In this document: in pieces, positions 13,941-26,959 of the stretch
Layout of the letters: every line of letters begins with the position of its first letter
How positions within the stretch are numbered: the first letter of the stretch is position 1
DNA from: Camelus dromedarius
Taxonomy: Eukaryota
Length of the DNA stretch: 64,000 nt
Direction: 5' to 3'
Assembly (NCBI RefSeq): GCF_036321535.1
Contig: NC_087436.1
Coordinates: 84,632,001-84,696,000, forward strand
The notes under the pieces: generated by a model
Seen by the model: the letters and a program-made list of their open reading frames with translations, nothing else
Told to the model about the DNA's origin: nothing
Database searches by the model: none
Translations under genes and position numbers: made by a program

Positions 13941-15339
13941 TACCCTGAGCATTCAACGGTTCACTGCTTCTTCAACATGCATTTCACATTTCCTCATTCC
14001 TCATCCACTCAACACCATTTCAAATGGTGCTGGCATCCATCCATGAAATACTGTTTTAAATATGACACCTATTTCCCTCTACCAGGACGTGTAGGTTGGA
14101 GATGAAGGGTTAGGAAACAATAGAGAAGACACTTGATCAGTGCTAATGGAGGGGCGAGGGAGCACTGAAAGTGGACACTGGATATTTCCTTGTTCCTTTC
14201 TATGCCACCTGGATGCCCCCTTACCTGGAATTGCTTTGGAGCTCTCAAAGCCAACCTGTTGTTCTTTGCCAATTAACACACGGTTACAAGAAACTGCCTG
14301 AATTGCCACACAGCTTTTAGTAAAAACATGTAATTCAGCTTGTGTTCTACTGATGTACTACATGCCATTCAGGGGGAAAAAAAAAACAAAACCGAGTGTG
14401 AATCTGCTCTTTGCAACTGAACCACAGACACAGCTCAAGTTCTATCGTCTCCAGGCAGACAGCCTTCCTGGACCACACTCTAGGACCACTGACATCCCTT
14501 CTCCCCAGTCTCCAATCTAGGTAGAATTTTCAGTTTGTGTTATGCAATTTATCATTACAGTTGTCTGTTTTCTTACCCAGAGAAGAAGAGGGATTTCTTC
14601 TCTTCCTCTCCCCAAGTTTCTGGCTTTGCCTGTACTCTGGAACTTCTGCCCACAGTTCTGCTCTCTTGGAGAAGTAATGAGGAGGAAGTTTTCACTCTTA
14701 ACATTTCTCCTACTTCCGCCCCTCAAGAAACATAATCTGGAGAAAAGGTCAGTACTCAGGCATGACGAGTTTCTCGTTGGCCCCCTTTCTCAGACAGAGC
14801 CTCTTGCCCATAAGCAGAGCCAGCCTCCTCTGGAAGGCAGTATGCAGTTTTCCAGCTGTTGTGCCTCTGACCTCAACAGACACACGAAACTGAGGAGGAC
14901 GGAGAAACGCTGTAGGCCATATGGGTCCCAGCCATGTTCCTCAACTCAGTTTGAATAGCAATTCAGCTGATCAGATATTCTAATCTCCGCCATTAACAGG
15001 AGCAAATGAGAAGTATGATTAATTAGCACCAACACCTAGACTGCCTTTCTTTCCTTCATTTTACTGTCAAAATGTCTACCCTTTTAGGCTGACTTCTTAA
15101 TCATGGAATTACCTACAATTCCTGAGGTCCAGATTAATCATTTTCTAGTCTTTGCCCTCAAAGTACTATTTTTATACCACTACTACAAGATGTATTCTGC
15201 CTGGCGTTCAAGTAAGTTGTATATATCTCTTTCAACACAAAGTATAAGCTCCTTAGGAAAAGGGGCTGTGTCATATTTATATCAATCAATGCAGTTTAAT
15301 TTGATACAGATTTAATCTGGATCATCTTTGTAATTACCT

Positions 15340-15475
15340 GCTTACTGTTTGTTTTCAGGCAGATTGTAAATTCAAGGAGGCAGGGAGTCAATTCTTGTTA
15401 ACTGCTGTATCTCTTCCACTGGCACAGGGCTTGACATGGAGTAAATGCTTGGTAAATATTTGTTGAACTGAATTA
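15340..15475 (+). mobile_element. L2 3' end
   Basis: ggcacagggcttgacatggagtaaatgcttggtaaatatttgttgaa. Confidence 0.75.
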
Positions 15476-15881
15476 CATTTTCTCTCACATGTTTATCATC
15501 ATGCCTCATAAATATCTGTTGATTGATTGGTTGATTATTTGATGGAGGTGGTGAGATGCGGCAGACGAATCCAAAATCAAACTGCCATCTTTTTAAAATT
15601 CAGAATAACTAAAACTAAAATACCAACAACAAATATGCACTTCCTTTGAAGATAACATTAAAATGATGCAAGGTATTCCTTTACCCACACTACACTTTGT
15701 CCTTTGGAGTTTTCATACCTATAAATTACTAACCTATTAAGAGTACTCAAAGGGTAAAAGCCTCATCACTGATTGCTCGTCTCTAAATAATCAATTTCCA
15801 ATGAAATGAAGTTTTTCACATTGCAGGTAGAAGAAAACGTTGGAAATAGACTCCAGCCAGTCTAACAAGAGTTCTGAAGTA

Positions 15882-15892
15882 GTGACTCAGCA
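15882..15892 (+). promoter_or_regulatory. Antioxidant response element / MARE (NRF2, NF-E2 or BACH with small MAF)
   Basis: GTGACTCAGCA followed by AAA, an exact RTGACTCAGCA match in repeat-free DNA; motif evidence only. Confidence 0.45.
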
Positions 15893-18330
15893 AAAGAGTG
15901 CCAGCTCCAAGGGCAATCAGACCTCCACCGGCTTTCTGCTGCGTTGTTTGCTGCTGCAAAACTGATAAGTATTCGAGCTCTCTGCTGTCCACGGCCAACA
16001 GCAGTTGGTGCTTCCTGGCCTCACAGAGGTCCCTTGACTTTTCTCCAACAGCTCAGTACCACTACAGGATTTATTTTAGATGCTTGAATTTAGATTTATT
16101 AGCTAATTGATTAGAAGGAGGAGAGAGAAAAATAAAGAAAAAAACTCAAGAAAGTGCCTAATAACTTAAAGAAGTAGGTACCTAGTAAGTGACTACTGAC
16201 CATCCAGTCTTACACTGTGTCCTCTGGGGAGCAAATGTCCTCTAAAAGCCCACAGGAAAGTCGATTTATACCAAAGCCATTGAAGAACAATGTGAAGCGG
16301 AATATGAGGAAGTGCGAACATCTGCAGCACAGCCAGTCAGAACAGAGGAGAAGGGCCAGAGAGATTTCACTGATAATATGAGTCTTGAAAAAAAAAGTAA
16401 GATTTCAGTTGGTAGAGGCAAATGCAAGAAAGCAGGTAAATCCCCAAAATCACATTCTACTTGCAAGGAGAATACTTTCCAAAGTCCATGTTGAAGTGGA
16501 TCTCCCTCAGAGCAGGTAACAGTCCCCTGACAGGTGCGGGTTACACAAACAAACCTGATTTAGACTCTCCTGAGTGGCTTCTGAGTGGGTCCCAGTTTTA
16601 GAAAAGCCCCTGAAATTGCTGCAGTCACTAAAAGCCAGGAAAAGGGCACCCCACAGTTGATACATACCCAACAAAGCATTTATTATGACCATCAGATAAT
16701 TATTATTTTACTGTAGCTTTTATGGAAGATGTCAACTTCAGGTAAACCAGGCACGCCTGGGTGACTAGTCTGTATAGAACGTCCATAGCTAAGCTAGTTG
16801 TCATGCAGTAGTTCCCAACTTGTGGGAAACAGGGAGTTATTCAAGGATCCCAACAGATTCCTATGAGCACCAAGTTCATTGTCTGAACACCGTATGCCAA
16901 ACACCACACAGATTATACGTTTCACACAAAAATATTGCCATGTTTCCAATGTATACGATTACTCTTGTCTTTAATTTCTAAAACGTATTTTAAAATGTAA
17001 TTGAATTCATAGCCAGTATTGTCACCACTATCATCTAAGATTACTAAAAGTTGTCGAAATGTTAAAGAAGTTTTCCATGTACTTACACGGAAAAAGGTCC
17101 AAAATTAGTTAAGTCTAAAAGGAAAAGTATCTGTCTATATATAAAATAACCCAAATTTTTAAATAAATAAATACTTGTTGTAAATCCTGCTTTAACATAT
17201 GTAAATGTATTATGACATGTTCATAGAAAATTTTAGAAAATATAAACTACAGTATTAATTTTGGGAGAGATTTATAGGTGTGTTTTCACTGTCTATATTA
17301 TAAGTTTCTGCATTTTAAACTGTTATAATGAGAATGTATTGCTTTTGTAGTCTGAAAAAACACTAACTATTCTAAAAGACAGTATTATTCAACAAAATTA
17401 AGGAGTCCTCATGTTTGAAAAAGTCTGGTGTCTTCCCGAGCCTATTAAGTTCATAATCTCCTGGGACTGCTGCTCACAAGAGCAGACGCTGTAGAAACTC
17501 CATTCTACACAGATACAAACCCAAACGCAATGGGTTGCATTGAAATCTTTATTATATCTGGCTTCAAGTCTGTCACTATGTTTGGGAAGGAGAGTAAACT
17601 ATGAGCAAAATAAGACACCACTGGTGCCTATGTATGATTTCAGGACCATCTTTACATGACTCTTGACCAAAAAACAATCTCTGGCTCTCACTAGAAACAA
17701 GGAGAAAAGGGAAAGACAGTTTATCAATCATCTGTGTGACACGTCGGGCAAGCATTCTGTGACACATTAAACTGTGCAACTTTGCAAAATATTAAGTACC
17801 TATTTGGAGATGAGGAAACTAAGTCTCAGAGAGGTTAAAAGTAACTTGGACCAGTCTACCAGACTCCAAAGCCTAGCTTATACCATGTGGTAGCCCAGCC
17901 TGGAGATTCTGAAATCTTTCATTCCATTACCAGACTTACTTTAAGAGTTTAAATTAATGGTGACATATTGGTAAGAATTTAAATTCATACCAAAGTATAG
18001 ACACAAAAGCATGATAATGCATTTCATTTACGTGCTGCTTTATGACTCACAAAAGCATTTTTCATCTACTCTTTTATTTTACCTTTACAACAAACAAGCC
18101 AATAGTGCAATCAGAAAGCAATACTATCTCCATTTTACATATGAGGAAATGAGCCTCAAGAAGTGGCAAATGGCTAATCTGAAAGCAGAGACAGAGGGAG
18201 AGAGAGAAAGAGAGAGACAGCGAGAAAGAGAGAACACACAGGAAGAAAAGGCCCAGAAAGGAGATTCCGATGTCACAATGTCACATTGAGATTCAACGAA
18301 AACCTTTTTACTTTAGTTTAGGGTCTATCA

Positions 18331-18629
18331 CAGCGCTGCCCAGTAGAAACATAGTGTGAGCCATACATGTAATTTTAAATCACCTAGTAGCCATGTTAAA
18401 ATAAAACAGATGAAATTAATATATATATATATATATATATATTCAAAATACTATCATTTCAACATGTCATCAGCATACAAATTATTAATGAGATAGTCCA
18501 CATTCCTTTTTTAGAGTAAATCTCAAATCCAGTGTAGCTTCTACATTGACAGCACATCTTAATTCAGAGTCACACTTCACGTGCTCAATAACCACCTGTG
18601 ACTAGTGGCTATCATCCTGGACAGCATAG
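18331..18629 (+). mobile_element. MER33 (hAT-Charlie) with internal (AT)n
   Basis: cagcgctgcccagtagaaa...ctagtggctatcatcctggacagcatag termini. Confidence 0.85.
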
Positions 18630-19479
18630 ATCTAAAAAGTGACAGGACCTCAGCGTTAGCTTATTAATCTTCTCAGGTGAGATAAAGCAACAGGCTCAGA
18701 TGCCGCTAAATGTGGAAGAATTCCAACCCCATCCTGTGCTCTGGATTCTAGATCTTGTGTACGGGTGGGAGGGCCGATTGCCACAATACCTAGAATGAAT
18801 TTTGACAACATATGTCAAGACTCATAATGAAATTCTAGAAATAACCTAATGTCTAAAATACGGGAACATAATTGTCTCTTTACTTTCTTCCTCCCTACAT
18901 GCTAGTCTGAAAGTACCTCTAGGTCAAGGACTATGTCTTATTCACCATTGGACAGTCATGGCACACAACAGACATTCAACAAACATTTTCTAAGTCAACT
19001 ATTTATAATTACGGTAATAAGCCCATAAAGAAAATATCAGGCAGCCATTAAAAGTTACATCTATGAAACATGCCAATACTTAATATTAATAGGATTTAAA
19101 AAGTAAAATTCCAAATAGTATAAACAGTATAATCATAAGATTAAAAAAATAGTAGAAAAACATTAAAAGAAAATAGGCCAAATTTATAAAGGCAGTTATC
19201 AATTTAGCTCACTCAGTTCAACAAACCCTAGTACCATTACATAATATATGCCAGGCACATTCATGTCACTAGCAAGAATAAATTTGTTTTCCTGAAACCT
19301 GAAATATTTTCCAAAGGAGTATGTTATTATTCTTATGATAATATATTATAAAATGACAAAAATCTATGACAATGAGAATATACTGTACATGATAATAGTG
19401 TAAATACCGGGTCTTCCAAGGCAGAGAACAAGAGTAAGTCCAGAAAAATGTTATAATCTCAACTAGTCAACTGAAAAAA

Positions 19480-20570
19480 TTTATTTCCTGAGCTGAGCAC
19501 TGCACTGGAGATGGAATAGTAGTAAACACAGAGAACATTGCAATCGCTCGAGGAACTTAAAGACAATCACTTGACATTTTAAGTCCTAAAGAAAGAAGCA
19601 CAGAAAAGAGGGTCATCACCCTGGCTGGGGAGGTGGGGCACAGGTGCCAGAGGAAGGCTTGAGTCAGTGTTTCTTAAAGAGGGAAGGTGCCTCAAAAGTC
19701 TGGACATTTTCTGTAAGAATTTTTTAGCTTTGTATTTTTGTTCTAATAACATTCTTTTTAAAATTATTTATTTATTTATTTTAATGGAGGTACTAGGGAT
19801 TGAACCCAGAACCTCAATGAAAGCTAACTAAGCATGTGTGCTACCACGGAGCTATACCACCACCACCCTATTCTAGTAACATTTTGTAATGAGGTAAGCA
19901 CATCGTGAATCACCTGGATGCCTACCTTACAACTGAGCATGCCAGCAAGGGTGAGAGCAGGATTTGCAGCTGTGAAGCGGTAAGGTGCTTGATCACCTGA
20001 GTTGAATTACATGCTAAGCCACTGGAGGGCTTTAAATAAAAGTGACACAATCCCAATTGTATTTTAAGAGATAACTCTTGTGGATGAGTGGAGAATGGAT
20101 TATGCAGAAGGGTGAGAGTAGAAGCAGAAACACGGGTTTGGGAGTTTTTAGAGAAGTCCTGACACGTAGTAACGATTGTATAGACTAGAGACCAGTACTC
20201 AGCTGGTACTGAGGTCGGAAGAAGTGGACAGGTTTTTTTTTTTAAGGACATGATTGGAGTTTAGTTTCTTTCAAAGGAAAGCATAAGTCTGAACTCGAGC
20301 CTGAAGGATGGATAGGAGTAGGCAGCAAAGGGGTAGAGAAGGAAAGAACAGAGGGAACAGCCAGTCCTGGAGGTGAGGAGACAGGGCACATTCAAAACAC
20401 CGAAAGAAGGTCAGTTGTGTGGGATCTTAACAGTGAATAGGGAAGCGTGGTAAGAGATGAGGCTGGAGGCACGAGTAGGGTCAGGTGTGGTCTTATTAAA
20501 GTGTTTGAACTTCATCCTAAAAGCCATGAAGACACAAGTGGTTCTAAGCAGAGAAATTATGTAATCTTCA
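19480..20570 (-). mobile_element. L2 LINE fragments
   Basis: aagccactggagggctttaaa...gtggagaatggatt; aagagatgaggctggagg. Confidence 0.65.
19754..19870 (-). mobile_element. tRNA-Ala-derived camelid SINE
   Basis: ttaatggaggtactagggattgaaccca...gagctatacc; TSD ttctaataacatt / ttctagtaacatt. Confidence 0.85.
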
Positions 20571-21199
20571 AGAAAGGTGTGTATGAACAAATGTCTGTTA
20601 GATTTAGCAACAAGGAGACAGTGACCTGGCAAAGGCAGCTTCATGGTGTTGAGTGCATATCAAGCTGGCAAAGAGCCAATTATGTCTCAGGCCAAGAAAC
20701 AGACAAGAACTGTACAATAACTGTGTATTATGCACTAACCATCTAGTGGATAAGAAAATTAGAATAGAAAGACTTTTTTAAAAAATCCCAAGGTACCTGG
20801 AAGTCCTTACTTCTGATGGATGGTAAGATAGATATAGACAGATTAGATACAGAGACAAACAGATAAATAAAGAGACATAAAGAGATAGGGAAGGGAGGAT
20901 CCACTGAGTTTTGATCTTAAAAAATTTAGGGTAATTTTAAGATGGTTTTAAAAGGATATCAGAATAAGAATTGGTTAACAGCGGGAGATTAGCCAGATGG
21001 TAATTAAAAATATTAAGACATTTACAGTCTTTTAAATCTTGTTCCAAATAATTTTCCTACATTTATTCATTACTACTTTTAGTAATTAGAGATTTAGGGA
21101 GTTTTGATTTGAGTTTATCATTACAGTTTTCCAGAAAAACACAACATATATATATATTCGCTTGGAATCAGTCATCTGCAGGACTCTCCTTAATTTAAC

Positions 21200-21480
21200 C
21201 TAACTCATCATCACGCCTCAAGGTGCAGCTCCATAGCAGTTCCCTTCAGGACATCTTCCATAAAATCAAGGGTAGTGATTTGTTTTCTCTTTGTCCTTTG
21301 GGAGCCCTGTATGCATAATTCTATCACTTAAAAAAAAAAAAGAAACAGTGTCTGCCTGTTTTTTGTCTTGTGTCTGTCTCCCACAGGCAGGGATTCTGTC
21401 TCATTCATCTTTGTATACTCAGCACCCAGCACAGTGCCTGACGCATAGTGAGTTGATAGATGCTTGTTAAACTGCTGAAT
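21200..21480 (+). mobile_element. L2 3' end
   Basis: caggcagggattctgtctcattcatctttgtat...cagcacagtgcctgacgcatag. Confidence 0.75.
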
Positions 21481-21534
21481 CACTGCCTCCTAGTTTCCAG
21501 TTTGGACGGCATAGCTGTGCCTAGGCACCAGCAT

Positions 21535-21550
21535 CCACCTGGTGGCAGCA
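21535..21550 (+). promoter_or_regulatory. CTCF-like core motif
   Basis: CCACCTGGTGGCAGCA, one mismatch to CCASYAGRKGGCRS. Confidence 0.5.
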
Positions 21551-23574
21551 GCCACACGTTGCAGCACACCAAGGAGGGACATGAACAGTTGACGGGGTGT
21601 TAGTCTTACAAGCCTAAAACATCTGTAAAGTAACAGGAAATCGACACATACTCCAAATTTCCCCACCTTGCCGCCACCTCTTCCCCTACCTATATCTAAA
21701 TCCGTACAACAAAAAGCCAGTTCATATGAAGTTTTAATGCTTTATCTTTGTTTTCTCAGAAGCAATCAGATACTCATGATAAACATCACAAGAAAAGTTT
21801 TCTAGGTTGGTAAAACAATTCAGAAGGGCTGTTAGATTTTTTTTTAAACAGAGTCCCAAAATAACTACACTTGATATATTGTCTCCTGAAAAATAAATAC
21901 TACTTCAAGAAATTTTATTTCAGAAATGTTGGTGACTCAAACATTAGTCAATACAGCCCAGTTTATTATTTAAAGTATCTTTAGCACTTGTCTGGTTATC
22001 ACAGAATTTGATCTTTGATTTTTTTTTAATGTAGAAGAGACTATTTTATGTAGGAAGTTCAGAAACCTAAAAAATATTTTTTATTTATATCTTATTTGAA
22101 CTACTATTTTTATCCATCTATTTCATGAAGATCAAAATTGAAATACCTTCCAAACTGCCTTTCCAGTTTGTCTGCATCTAGAAACAGTAGAAAGGGATCC
22201 AGTCACCCTTGTCAAGGAAACTTTTCAGGGATGGGATCAGGGATCTGCCCAGCAAACAAATTAATTACAATACCAGGCACCAGAAGTAAAGAATTCCCAA
22301 ATCAGCAGTGACTAAGGATTCCTTTACACACAAGGAGACAGAAGCAGGAACTCTGTCCCATCCTGATAAAAGCTCTGCGGTCAGTGTCCCAGAGGTCTGC
22401 AGCTCATGCTTTGTAGACTATTTTATACACTATGAAAAGCAGTAACTTAAAGTCATCTATTATTTTATAGCCTGTTTGGGTTAAAATCATCCCCTGGGTC
22501 ACCTATATTTTAAGCGGCCTGTATTTTTCCAGCATTATTTGACTTCCAGTCCTCTCTGCATCCCCATCTTCCCCCGCCACACACACAAACCAGGAAATAC
22601 TGACAAGATGGGACATCGTGACGACTCCCATCTTATTTTGCACAAATTCTACTGCCTGCCTGTACTTTATCAATCTCTTCCACCACAAGAAAATGCTAGA
22701 GAGAAAGCGGTAACATTTCCCTTTTCCACCCATTGTGATACCAAGGACAATGAAATAGACGTGTCCCTTTGTGTAAACAAAGCCTACAGACAGTTATGAT
22801 ACGTGCTGCCTTGGAGCCGGCTTTGGCTTTCTGGAGCAAGGCCGAGATGTAATGAGGCTTTCCAGATTGAAGGTCACAGTGGTGTGTTGAATAACACAGT
22901 TTCTGCAGAAATCCTAAAAAACTACATTAATCCTAAAAAACTGCATATGGCTCAGACACAACCGAGATGTGCTAATAGAAAACACATGATGACCGATGAT
23001 AGCATTTCGTAAAGCCAGTCACACGCACCCAGATAGCTATCTTACGAGACCCTAAGGGAACAGGTGCTGTCCAGCAGGGAAAGCGCCCCTTCACAGGGAG
23101 AAAAGTGCCACAAACCATCGTTTCCTGAAACACCGCATTAGCCTCTGCCTCCAAAAACATCAGCCACTTTTTACATTAAACATTAGCGTGAGGAAAGCAA
23201 GAAAAAGGAATTATAGAAAACAGTTTCAGTAACAAAGAATTCTATTATTTTGAAACTGGAATACTCAGGTGCCCTGCGTCTATGGACTTGTTCCTAAAAT
23301 AAAAATCTGCCCCTCCTCTCTTCACTCTACAAGGCCATTCTTTTCATTTGAGGAGCTTTTTCTCACTATATTACAGAACTTTTTGTGAGTTATGTGTAGG
23401 CAAACCAGTGGTTTTTCATGAGAATAAGAAACAAACAAACAAAAAACCCTAGGGTCAAGTTTATTTCTGCTAACGTGTAACCTTAAGGACATCACTGAAA
23501 CCTTCCCAGACACCAAGCTTCCTTACACGAACATAATATGGCAGGGTTGGAACACAACCTAGGATCTTATATGA

Positions 23575-23729
23575 GGGGGGTTTCATAGAGATAACTGGGC
23601 TTTAGAAGTCCAAGAACCCAATAAAATTGTACATAAAATCTGTGTATATGAGCATTTTGCCAGGGCTAGAATCCACTTTCATTAGATTTTCAACATGGGT
23701 GGAGACTCAAAATTGGTAAAGAACCACTG
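23575..23729. mobile_element. hAT-Charlie MITE remnant (MER103C-like)
   Basis: aaaattgtacataaaatctgtgtatatg...tttcattagatttt...aagaaccactg terminus. Confidence 0.6.
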
Positions 23730-23759
23730 GTTAAGAGAGTTTCTAAGTAAAAAGTTTTT

Positions 23760-24865
23760 ATTTAAGAAGAATATCAACGAACAAATGTAGAAGAAACAAT
23801 AAAATTAGAAAAATCATCATTTTGCAACCCCCATGTAACAACTGATTTAGGCAAGGATCATCAATAGACATGAGAAAAATCACTGGATAATAAAATACAT
23901 GGTCTCAAAGTAACACCCAGCATATTCCTTACTACCAAGATTTCCACTTCCCGAATCTAGATTTTAAGAATAAACACAACATTGCATATTCTAATTACAT
24001 ATCCCAGTTAATAGAAAATAAATGTACGGAACATCTGTGAACCTGAGTACTGGTTTTCAAAGAATTAGAATGTATCAGTTAATACATACTCAGCATCATC
24101 TGATAATAATTTAAGGATTCAGAAGGCACTCCTGTACTTTTCTATGCCTCTTTATTATCAATATGACTATAAAAAATAAAAGGATCACTGCCCAGAAAGA
24201 GTTCCCCAGTAGCACACTGGGACCGTCAAATTGGCCATTGTCCCTCTCAGCTCCCAGGGGCCAGTGGTTCCACTTAGAGATATCACAGCCCACGCTGTTC
24301 TATCCTCTCCTACGCTTTAGGGAAACGAAAAGCAACTCTTTCTCACCCAAAAGTAGGGCGAGACAACATAGAAAATTCTACAGAATAAATGACCCTTATT
24401 CTTCAACAAGTGGTAAGAGGGGGAAAAAGGGAAGAGAAGGAATGTTTATGGACTACAGGAGACAAGAAATATATCAACCAAATGCAACATGAGAATCTTA
24501 TTTGGATGCTGACTCAAACAAACCAACAATAAGATACATTTATGACATAGGAAAATTTGAACACTGCTAAATAATTGATATTAATTAATTAATTTTGATT
24601 TTTAGGTGATAGTGTGATTGAGATTACATTTTTTAAAGGGGTCCTTTTTTGATAAGATACTTAGTGAAAAAACTTGCAGATAATATGATGCCTGAAATTT
24701 GTTTTAAAATATTCCAGTGAGGGTGGTAGTGGGGGGAGAGAGAGGATACAAGATCGATCATGTGTTGATAATTGTCAAATCTAAGTGATGAGTTTGCAAG
24801 AGCTCATTATACTATCCTCTCTACTTTTGCATGTGTGGAAATTTCCATCATTAAGAATTTTTTTA
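23760..24865 (+). mobile_element. L1MC4/5-like 3' UTR fragments (discontinuous)
   Basis: ttagaaaaatcatcattttgcaacc; caaccaaatgcaacatg; cattatactatcctctctacttttg. Confidence 0.65.
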
Positions 24866-25059
24866 AAGTAAGGAAGCACTTATTAGTTATAGGTATGAAC
24901 AAACTGTGGTTAGTCAGGACGTGTTCAGATTCTGGACTTACGTATAACTGATTTCATTTCAGTAACCGTTTACTAAATGCCTGCTAGGTTCTGGTATTTC
25001 TAGAACTAGGTGATAACCCCATGGTCCTTTTAAGTACCACTGAGATTGCTGTGGTTAAC

Positions 25060-25265
25060 ACAGTGGTGTCTGGAGCCAGATGGCCCAGACTAGAATCCCA
25101 ACTCTGCCTAGCTGCACGATATAGAAAAAATTGCTTGATCTCTCTGCCTCAGTTTCCTAATCTATAAAATGGGAATAATAAGAGTACCTACCTCAGCAAA
25201 GCCATCTGAAGGACTTAGAACAGTGCTTCACACATAGTAAGCCATCAGCGAATGGTAGCTATTCA
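25060..25265 (+). mobile_element. MIR SINE
   Basis: tctggagccaga...ctctgcctcagtttcctaatctataaaatgggaataata. Confidence 0.85.
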
Positions 25266-25949
25266 CAACGTTCATCAGCTGATCACATTAAAAATAAATC
25301 TATGATGACTTCTACTCTACTGCTGTTGAAAATCTCACATAAGACACTAACTTTGATAGCTATTAAACACTTTAATACCATTCCAGATTTCCTAAAATTT
25401 AATGGATGTGGCATTTGGTGGTGACACATTTACACTAATTACAGTTTGAGAAAACAATATGTTCCTTCATATTAATTGACCAAAACAGATACTGAGATGC
25501 AGAATAGCGAGAAGTCACCCCAGCTGCCCTTTTGTGAACCAATTTATTTGGAAACACATTTTGTCTTCAAGGCAATACATCACTGATATTCATCTGCGGA
25601 TATAACGTCAGACCAGCATAAGCAGGGTTGGAAAATGCAAATCAAGTTGACTCACCAATAACGTTTTCTGCTATTGAGATTTTGAAATATAACAAAGCTA
25701 AAGCTTAATAAAAAGGATGGCCTCCTGCCTCTTCTCTGAGAGCACAGGTTTGGTGAAATTGCTGAGGTTACTGAGGACAAGGAATGAAGATCAGAAGGGA
25801 AGACGGTGGGAGATAATGCACGCAGCGGAAGATGACTGAAACCAGGACAGAGGTCAGGCTCCACCTGGAGAAATGTATGACCTAGGTTTGTCAGCGCAGA
25901 TGACCATGTATGGACCCATGAAGGAGAAATCAAAGCAATTCAGTACAAT

Positions 25950-26959
25950 CAGTGATGTCTGAAGTGCAGGCGGTGGGAGGGGTCTGCTCCAGTAGCGACA
26001 ACGGGGCCATAGGATGTCTGGAGAGAATTTAAAAGCGTGGATAAACTAACCAAAACTCAGTGTGCATTTTATTATCATCATGCGCTGGCAATTCGAAACA
26101 ATGTCAGTGGTAAAATATTCCTCCTCCCAAAAATCTTTTGTTACTCTAAATTCTAAATAACTACTGCAGTGACTGTTACACTGTATAATAATATACATGT
26201 AAGCTTCAAATTAGCACATTCCTAATTCTTTAACTCTAACAAGCATTTACTCTCCATGAAAGTTAAGCTTGGTGAACGCCCATTTACACATCCATGGAAG
26301 CAGATTCAGCTACAAATATTCATTTTCAGAGTAAATGAATTGGTGATGGTTCAGAATTGTGCAATCTGGCTTCACAGGGGGTTCGTATAACCCCTGTCCT
26401 GCCACAGATTCCTGCACTGAAACAGCAGATTCAAATAAACAATGACAGTCCAGTGACTGTCATACGAAGAAACAGAATTTTAGTTACTTCATTTCTGTCA
26501 TTTATGTGACCATCTGAAGTTTTTAATTTGTATTTCAAACAGTGAGACTTGCAAGGTGCAGTATTTTTTTTTTGGTAAGCATAACGTTTATTTTATATAG
26601 GAAATACTTTAATGAATATAAAGAATATCTTTAAAGTTGCAATTTGTTATTGTTTATAACTGTTTTTTAAAACTAAATAATAACAGATTAAAAAACTTCT
26701 TCTGTATAGCACAGGGAACTATATTCAATATCTTGTAGTAACCTATAACGAAAAAGAACATGAAAATGAATATACGTATGTATACGTATGACTGAAACAT
26801 TATGCTGTACACCAGAAATTGACATACTATAATAATAACTATTATATAGAGAATAATGCTTGTTTCTGTTATTAAATGGTTAACAAAAGTAATGATTCTG
26901 TATAAAGGGAGTGTTAAAAAATTATCCATCTCTGGTTAGATACAGTCAGTATGCCATTG
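25950..26959 (+). mobile_element. MER97-like hAT-Tip100 DNA transposon, interrupted by a young L1
   Basis: Start cagtgatgt, end tatgccattg; tttattatcatcatgcgctggcaattcgaaacaatgtcagtggtaaaata matches recalled MER97 consensus. Confidence 0.75.
26680..26840 (+). mobile_element. Young L1 3' end
   Basis: ctgtatagcacagggaactatattcaatatcttgtagtaacc...ccagaaattgaca. Confidence 0.9.

Noticed and set aside
14542..14958. 138-aa ORF
   Set aside because: No recognisable domain, no supporting gene structure, and length is compatible with chance.
15816..15998. ORF with a hydrophobic C-terminal stretch (tail-anchor-like)
   Set aside because: Starts at TTG, has an upstream in-frame stop and no in-frame acceptor; not a recognisable protein.
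16201..16494. Charged plus-strand ORF and an overlapping minus-strand exon candidate starting at 16383
   Set aside because: Weak splice signals on both strands and no recognisable peptide.
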